Assembly (NCBI GenBank): GCA_043745805.1
Contig: JAYTSD010000045.1
Coordinates: 134,081 to 198,080 of the forward strand
Source of the DNA: Fibrobacteria bacterium
Lineage (GTDB): Bacteria; Fibrobacterota; Fibrobacteria; UBA11236
Reading direction: 5' to 3'
Length of the DNA stretch: 64,000 bases
This document shows positions 58,243-64,000 of this stretch, piece after piece (within the stretch, counting starts at the first letter, position 1; each line of letters opens with the position of its first letter). The position numbers were made by a program, and so were the translations under genes. Under the pieces are notes generated by a model. It was not told the origin of the DNA. It was given only the letters and a program-made list of their open reading frames with translations, and did no database searches.

Positions 58243-59181
58243 TTAAATCTCAACTCTGTTTGATATATAGGGTTCAATTTCTTTACGGTTTTTTAGTACA
58301 ATATGTTGCGATGTAGATATTTTGTTTTCTACATCTCTAAGTCCAAGCCTTTGAAGCGCATACCACAATAAAGACTGTCGGCATTGCATTTCTGCTGTCC
58401 CATTTTCCATTCCATAATCGTAAGCTATGATTTTTTGTTGGGCCTCTGATAGTTTTGGATTGGGTACAATAACAAGATTAATAATATTTTTCCATTCGGT
58501 ATCATTGTGAGGAAGTCTCATAACCTGATTTGAAAATGAACATTTTTGAATGCGGGCAATAACAAAATCTCGATAGTCTTTTCTTGTGTGGCAATAAGCA
58601 CGTATGTGAAATCTAAAACCATCATATGCTAATGTATGCGGACTTATTGTTCTAGACCCAGGTTCTTGTTTGCTAATAGATTGATACTCAATTTCAAGCG
58701 ATTTTTTTTCACGAATTGCTTGAAGCAACATGAAGAGAACATCGGAAGATAATTGACGATATGGATTCGGAACAGTATCAAATGGTGGATACCAACCTAT
58801 GAAACTACTATTTTCCGGGATTACTTTATCAGCAATCGCAAGAAGATCATTTAAAAACTGGGAAGGCTGAGACGATGAATATTTTGCATGAAATAAATCT
58901 GTCTTTTGATAAACTTTTAAGGCAGGATCATATTTTACATTATCTGGAAAAAGCTCTTTGTACCTCGTGATATCTAATGATGCTTGAGGAACAGAGATAT
59001 TAAAAAACTCACAGAGATCAGAGCGATTAATTTTTCCTTCCCAACAAAGACGAAAATCGATGAATTCTAGCCGCTGATCTTGGCTCCATTTTCCATTTTT
59101 TGAGGGGTTACTGATTGAAGAAAAATCTCTTTGATGCGTTAATTCGTTCAAATTCGGCATTTTAATTCCTGGTCTTGTCAT
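58243..59181 (-). CDS. WYL-domain transcriptional regulator (CapW/BrxR-like)
   Basis: N-terminal wHTH RLEFIDFRL.WEGKINRSDL..QASLDI; WYL domain YQS..RTISPH..RFHIRAYC..DFVIARI. Confidence 0.9.
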   Translation of the reverse strand: MTRPGIKMPNLNELTHQRDFSSISNPSKNGKWSQDQRLEFIDFRLCWEGKINRSDLCEFFNISVPQASLDITRYKELFPDNVKYDPALKVYQKTDLFHAKYSSSQPSQFLNDLLAIADKVIPENSSFIGWYPPFDTVPNPYRQLSSDVLFMLLQAIREKKSLEIEYQSISKQEPGSRTISPHTLAYDGFRFHIRAYCHTRKDYRDFVIARIQKCSFSNQVMRLPHNDTEWKNIINLVIVPNPKLSEAQQKIIAYDYGMENGTAEMQCRQSLLWYALQRLGLRDVENKISTSQHIVLKNRKEIEPYISNRVEI

Positions 59182-59263
59182 GTAACCAATTTATAATTAA
59201 TATAAAAATTATACGAATAAAAACTATACGTATAAACCGGTATTCCGGAGAAAGGAAAGTACA

Positions 59264-60439
59264 ATGTCAGCCACTATCAGTTTTTTCCCCGTTGGTAACG
59301 GAGATATGACCCTAATAAAACTTGCTGATACCGATGCAACAACACTTCTAATTGATGTCAATATTAGGCAAGCAGCAGATAATCCTAAAGAGAATGTTCG
59401 TGATGTTGCTAAGGACTTACGAGAACGGCTTAAGAAGGACCGACATGGACGACCTTACGTTGATGCATTGCTGCTGAGTCATCCAGATCAAGATCATTGC
59501 TCAGGTCTCTTAAGACATTTTCATCTTGGCCCTATAACTGAATATGCCGATGATAATAAAAAAGAGTTCGAAAAAAAAATCGTTGTGCGGGAACTATGGT
59601 CTTCACCGATAGTTTTTCGCCGTGCAAGTAAAGAGCATCCATTATGTGAAGATGCAAAAGCTTTCAATGCAGAAGCAAAGCGTCGAGTGAAGGTAAATAA
59701 AGATCAAAATTTTCAAAATGTTGAAGCAGGTAATCGCATTCTCATACTTGGTGAAGATGAGAATGGCAAAACAGATGATCTGAGTTCCATTCTAGTAAAA
59801 GTCGATGAAGTTTTTTCAAAGATCAATGGTAAGACCACTTTGTTTTTGGAAGCTAGGTTATTAGCCCCTCTTCCTAAAACCGATGACGCGGATGAAGATA
59901 CCCTTTCTAAAAATCATTCAAGCACAATTCTAAATTTGAAAATTGCTGCGAGCTTAACAGAGTCCGATGGATGTCGGTTCCTTACTGGAGGAGATGCTGA
60001 AGTAGCAATTTGGGAAAGAATTTGGATCCGACATAAGAATGAACCCAACGTTTTGACTTATGATCTACTTCAAACGCCGCATCATTGTTCATGGCATAGC
60101 TTGTCTTATGATAGTTGGTCAGAAAAACATAAAGAAGCGAACCTTTCTAAGGATGCGCATTCAGCGCTTTCACAAGCTAGGTCTGGAGCAAGGATTGTAT
60201 CAAGTAGTAAGCCAATTCTCGATGATGATAATGATCCACCATGTATTGGTGCCAAAAATGTATACGTAGAAATAATTAATCAAGTTAACGGAATATTCTT
60301 ATGTACTGGAGAAAATCCACATAAAGATAATCCGGAACCTATTGAATTTGAGGTTAGCCAATTAGGTGTTTCATTCATTAGAAAAAATATTTCGGCTGTA
60401 TCTATTATTACTTCTTCACCAGCGCATAAGGCGGGGTAA
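59264..60439 (+). CDS. metallo-beta-lactamase-fold hydrolase (ComEC/Rec2-like) ending in Gly
   Basis: FPVGNGD, SHPDQDH, GGDA and PHHCS motifs; C-terminus SSPAHKAG. Confidence 0.88.
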   Translation: MSATISFFPVGNGDMTLIKLADTDATTLLIDVNIRQAADNPKENVRDVAKDLRERLKKDRHGRPYVDALLLSHPDQDHCSGLLRHFHLGPITEYADDNKKEFEKKIVVRELWSSPIVFRRASKEHPLCEDAKAFNAEAKRRVKVNKDQNFQNVEAGNRILILGEDENGKTDDLSSILVKVDEVFSKINGKTTLFLEARLLAPLPKTDDADEDTLSKNHSSTILNLKIAASLTESDGCRFLTGGDAEVAIWERIWIRHKNEPNVLTYDLLQTPHHCSWHSLSYDSWSEKHKEANLSKDAHSALSQARSGARIVSSSKPILDDDNDPPCIGAKNVYVEIINQVNGIFLCTGENPHKDNPEPIEFEVSQLGVSFIRKNISAVSIITSSPAHKAG

Positions 60440-62707
60440 TTGGATAAAAAGTATTTCGAACTGGGTGAGTTATGGCCTGACTTGGATCCCAAGCATCTAC
60501 AGTATGAAGCATCAAGGCAACTTTTGGAAGCATGCCTGCGAAACCAGTACTATGAAGTATTAGAACTTCGTAATGCTAAGGGCTGCGATGTGATTGTTGT
60601 TTGCTGCGGAGACGGTTCGGTACCTTCTCGTAATACTATCGGTATACAAGCGAAGGAACGATTAGCAATAGTATATCACCCTGACACAAAACCAATACCA
60701 TACGGCGTTTACGCGACCCGAATCGAATTTCCGGCAACTCTTCACCAAAATCAAGTTCGTCAGGGTATGCCACGTTCACTTTGCCTTTACTTTGAATCTT
60801 GGACACATGTAGAGAGAAGTTGGACTCCTCAACGATATCTCGAAAGAATACTTTGGTGGATAAAAGAAACGGCCAAAGGCACTCTTCATCGGAACGACCA
60901 ACCACTGGAACAGTTTTATTTTGACTCAAAATTCCAAGTATTGTTACCGCCTGATTATATTCGTTTGGTTTTAGAGCCCAGTAAAACATTAATTCTATAT
61001 GAAGTTCCTCATGGACCAGAAGGCCCGAAGATAGTTCGTGGTTCTTTTATTGATAAAGAAAAAGAGCTTCTTAATACCGATCCTTTTATGGATTGTATAA
61101 TATTGAGTATTCCCCCAGTTATTCATGGTTCGGTTCAACCTTATCCATGTAGCCTTGGAGAATTGGAATCTCATTTGAAAGATAGAGGATCTAATGTTTT
61201 TTCTCTTTTGATGGAAAAAATCAAAACAATGGTTCCTTCCAATGGGCTTCCAATTAAACGTCAAAAATTGAAGTATACATTGCTGATTATAAATTTGGCC
61301 ATCATAAGAGAATATGGTTCAGCTCCAGAAAAAAATGATTTAAAAGGATTTATTATTGCTGACGATCTAGTTGGGATCGGACTTGCATCTGGAACTCTAT
61401 TTGATGGTCGTGATCAAAAGGCGTACGTAGAGCAATTTCAAAAAAATATAAATCATTGGGAGAGTATTGAACTTGAGCCAGTTGATGTTAGGGTGTCGCT
61501 TAACAGAAAAGATGCACGTAAGGCATCGGGAGTTTCAGAAGATGGTGCTGAGTTTAATGGTGTTTTAGCAGGGGTTGGTGCACTTGGCGGGCTCTTGGCT
61601 GATTTATGGTCGCGCGAAGGTTGGGGATTATGGACAATAGTGGATGATGATACCTTAAGAGCTCATAATATTGTTAGGCATATTGGAAAAGATGAATTAA
61701 TTGGTCTCCCAAAAGTTGAAGCAGTTCAAAGAATAATCGAAGCTAATTATCCACCAGGACATGTACATTTTCCTGCTATTGTTTCAAAAATTACAGATTT
61801 TAAAAATGAAGATGTTGTAAATGCTATTAAAGCATCTTCATTACTAATTGATATTACTACAACATTGGAAGTGCCAAGAGAATTATCAATCAAAGATGAT
61901 ATTCCTCGTTCGGTGTCTACTTTTATAACGCCATCTGGAATGGCCTCTGTACTTCTTGTAGAGGATAAAAACCGCAAAATTCGTTTATCGTCCCTTGAAG
62001 CACAATATTATAGAGCGATATTAAATAATTCATTTGGACAAAATCATCTTCATGGTCATTTAGGAGATATGTGGGTTGGTGCAGGATGCAGGGATATTTC
62101 AGTGGTACTCTCTAACGAACTGATTAATTTTCATGGTGCATTATTGGCAAGACAGATTAGGAAACTTGTAATAATGCCCGATCCTCGAATTATAATTTGG
62201 AGCTTGCAAGATGAATCAGGTGCTCTTGAGGCAAAGGAAATTGAAATTCACTCCCCAATAATTTTAAATTTTGGAAAATGGCAAGTTACTTTAGACGAAG
62301 GATTGCAGAGAAAAATCAGATCGATGAGGAACGCAAATTTACCAAATGAAACAGGAGGGGTTATTCTAGGTTACTTTGATCAAAAACTTAATACTATTAG
62401 TCTCGTTGATGTCTTACCTGCACCGCCAGATAGTGAAGCTGATGAATCTGGTTTTACCCGTGGAATCGAGAATCTCAAAGAATCCATTGAAAACTGTGCG
62501 CAAAAGACAGGAAGAATTGTTGATTATATTGGCGAGTGGCATTCGCATCCAAGAAACTGTTCTTCTCAGCCGAGCCTATTGGACATAAAGCTTTTTGCCC
62601 AACAAGCAAAAATAATGGCTAGTGAAGGGCTTCCTGTCTTAATGGCAATTGTTGGTGAGAATGACGAGCAATTCTTTCTCTGTGAAGACAAATCGGATAT
62701 ACATTAA
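60440..62707 (+). CDS. prokaryotic E2 - E1(ThiF) - JAB fusion protein
   Basis: E2-like FP..LHQN..SLCLY; ThiF GVGALGG, DDD.L..HNIVRH and GAGC; JAB PNETGG and GEWHSHP..PS..D. Confidence 0.88.
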   Translation: MDKKYFELGELWPDLDPKHLQYEASRQLLEACLRNQYYEVLELRNAKGCDVIVVCCGDGSVPSRNTIGIQAKERLAIVYHPDTKPIPYGVYATRIEFPATLHQNQVRQGMPRSLCLYFESWTHVERSWTPQRYLERILWWIKETAKGTLHRNDQPLEQFYFDSKFQVLLPPDYIRLVLEPSKTLILYEVPHGPEGPKIVRGSFIDKEKELLNTDPFMDCIILSIPPVIHGSVQPYPCSLGELESHLKDRGSNVFSLLMEKIKTMVPSNGLPIKRQKLKYTLLIINLAIIREYGSAPEKNDLKGFIIADDLVGIGLASGTLFDGRDQKAYVEQFQKNINHWESIELEPVDVRVSLNRKDARKASGVSEDGAEFNGVLAGVGALGGLLADLWSREGWGLWTIVDDDTLRAHNIVRHIGKDELIGLPKVEAVQRIIEANYPPGHVHFPAIVSKITDFKNEDVVNAIKASSLLIDITTTLEVPRELSIKDDIPRSVSTFITPSGMASVLLVEDKNRKIRLSSLEAQYYRAILNNSFGQNHLHGHLGDMWVGAGCRDISVVLSNELINFHGALLARQIRKLVIMPDPRIIIWSLQDESGALEAKEIEIHSPIILNFGKWQVTLDEGLQRKIRSMRNANLPNETGGVILGYFDQKLNTISLVDVLPAPPDSEADESGFTRGIENLKESIENCAQKTGRIVDYIGEWHSHPRNCSSQPSLLDIKLFAQQAKIMASEGLPVLMAIVGENDEQFFLCEDKSDIH

Positions 62708-62724
62708 TAAAAAAGGAACTTTGC

Positions 62725-63219
62725 ATGTACCAAAATTTAATAGCAGTTACTTGCAATTTTTGTAAACGTCGCATTTTTTTGGAAAATCTATCTTCAAATC
62801 TTGTTATACAATGTCAGAAGTGTGGGCATCGCTCAATCATTAAAAAAACATCTTCCGATGTACCTGTATCTCAGTGGGAAGCCTTTTTTAAAGGTATGGC
62901 ATACGTAGCTGTAGGTGCAACCGCGGTAACAGTTGGGTATAAGTTTTTTCAAGCTTTAACTGATGAAGATTTTGGTGATGGAGAATTCCCACGTTGGGTT
63001 CGTCATGAAATTAAGCAAAAGCATAAAAAATCATACGGTTGCTATTGTCTTGGTTGCAACATGCGAGTTCGAGACAAAGATTTGGAAGTAGATCATATTG
63101 TTGCTTTCCGAAATGGAGGGCGAACATCGAGAGCCAATGCGCAGATTTTATGTCGATCATGCAATGCGCAAAAGGGCGCACGTAACAGTGTATTCGATTA
63201 CATTAGAGGACGTTGCTAA
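62725..63219 (+). CDS. HNH endonuclease with N-terminal Zn ribbon and hydrophobic helix
   Basis: CNFC..CQKC; CLGC..EVDHI..GG..N.QILCRSCN..KG. Confidence 0.8.
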   Translation: MYQNLIAVTCNFCKRRIFLENLSSNLVIQCQKCGHRSIIKKTSSDVPVSQWEAFFKGMAYVAVGATAVTVGYKFFQALTDEDFGDGEFPRWVRHEIKQKHKKSYGCYCLGCNMRVRDKDLEVDHIVAFRNGGRTSRANAQILCRSCNAQKGARNSVFDYIRGRC

Positions 63220-63902
63220 AAGAAAATAAAGAGTTAAATCAACTACCATGTGGTTTTTTAAACCACCTCGAAGAACTTGGATTCAGGGAGTAAGAGGCTT
63301 ATTTCGCTTTTTCTCTTATCAATTCTTAGCTTTGAGTTTCAACTCCGATATTTTTTCACCGAATTTGCGAGGAGAGGGATACCAGAACTTTCGCCCTGGC
63401 TCCCCCTAGTAGGAATGCCGTTATAACCCGCGCAACGGACATTTCCCGAGGATTATTTGTACCCTTTTGATGGGTTGCAATGTATTCAGGATCACAAGGT
63501 TAAAATAGAATGTTATTTGGTTCATTGCCATTAACATCGCCTTAAACCGACTTTTTATATCGATAAAAAATTGGGTAATTATTGATTATTTATTTTGAGT
63601 TTTTATTTCTTAAAAGCCCGGCACACAAAAATAAAAACGAAAATTGAATTTATTGATTCTCTTATCTCCTTTAAAATCAATAGCTTAACTTTTTAATAAA
63701 TTTAAAAGCGTTACGTTTATTACGCATTACTACATAAAAAAAGGACAAGGTAGACTTCATTTATCAAGTTGACCAAACCCCGTTATTGCGCCCAAATAGC
63801 CTTTTATAAGCTATTTTGACTAAATATCCAGATTAATTCTGCGTATCGACCGAGTTTACGTGATTGGATTTAAAAAATGAAATTTTTTAAATGAAGTTAA
63901 CC

Positions 63903-64000
63903 TGTAATCCCCCCATAAAAGGGTCGAAAAATTAAGTAGAATTTCCATTTATAGAATGAAGGAAGTTCTTATGAAAAAATCACGATTCACCGATGGCCAA
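63903..64000 (+). mobile_element. IS3-family element, left end and start of transposase OrfA (runs off the window)
   Basis: Left inverted repeat TGTAATCCCCCCATAAAAGG..TTAAGTAGA; AAGGA RBS; ATG at 63971 reading MKKSRFTDGQ. Confidence 0.85.

Noticed and set aside
58222..58245. In-frame read-through from the WYL gene into the membrane protein (TAA-GTG)
   Set aside because: An ATG at 58221 with an AGGA RBS explains the start; the in-frame GTG is probably coincidental.
57457..63219. CBASS or Pycsar system
   Set aside because: No CD-NTase or pyrimidine cyclase in the locus; only the ancillary-type E2/E1/JAB and WYL components are shared.
63230..63900. AT-rich non-coding stretch with a TATTGATT..AATCAATA dyad (about 63651-63682), possibly an element end
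   Set aside because: No core att sequence or partner copy could be identified; too weak to call.
47300..64000. Prophage or intact integrative conjugative element
   Set aside because: No structural, replication or conjugation genes and no intact integrase in the window.

Overview
AT-rich bacterial chromosomal window from a diderm organism. The C-terminal YDLLGR/DLKG tails on secreted proteins would fit an FCB-group organism such as Fibrobacterota (inference only). The window has four zones. (1) 1.2-7.7 kb holds the most interesting locus, a candidate non-canonical quorum-sensing module. A CqsA/LqsA-like alpha-hydroxyketone synthase is transcribed divergently from a membrane protein whose CqsS-like sensor domain is fused to a class III adenylate cyclase instead of a histidine kinase. 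Downstream of the synthase are a pseudo-ACP/receiver fusion and two paralogous regulators with winged-helix-like tails. (2) 7.8-33 kb is mostly housekeeping: sthA, SRP RNA, def, MFS-acyltransferase plus Omp85, Ala-Glu epimerase/MpaA, signal-peptide-bearing TldD/TldE, SppA fusion, greB, tRNA-Phe, ubiE, ubiX, hemB, HIT, rpmG, vapBC and two pilT paralogues. (3) 33-48 kb is an accessory patchwork with many truncated genes and an IS3 remnant. (4) 47-64 kb is a decayed island region. It carries repeated tRNA-Gly(GCC) and tRNA-Lys(CTT) 3'-half att-like sites, an eroded tyrosine integrase, matching IS3 ends at 48.6 and 63.9 kb, an RND efflux operon and a metalloprotease. It also carries a WYL-regulated defence-like locus: a Gly-ending metallo-beta-lactamase, an E2-E1-JAB fusion, an HNH nuclease and a membrane protein. 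All family assignments were made by eye from motifs; no searches were run.
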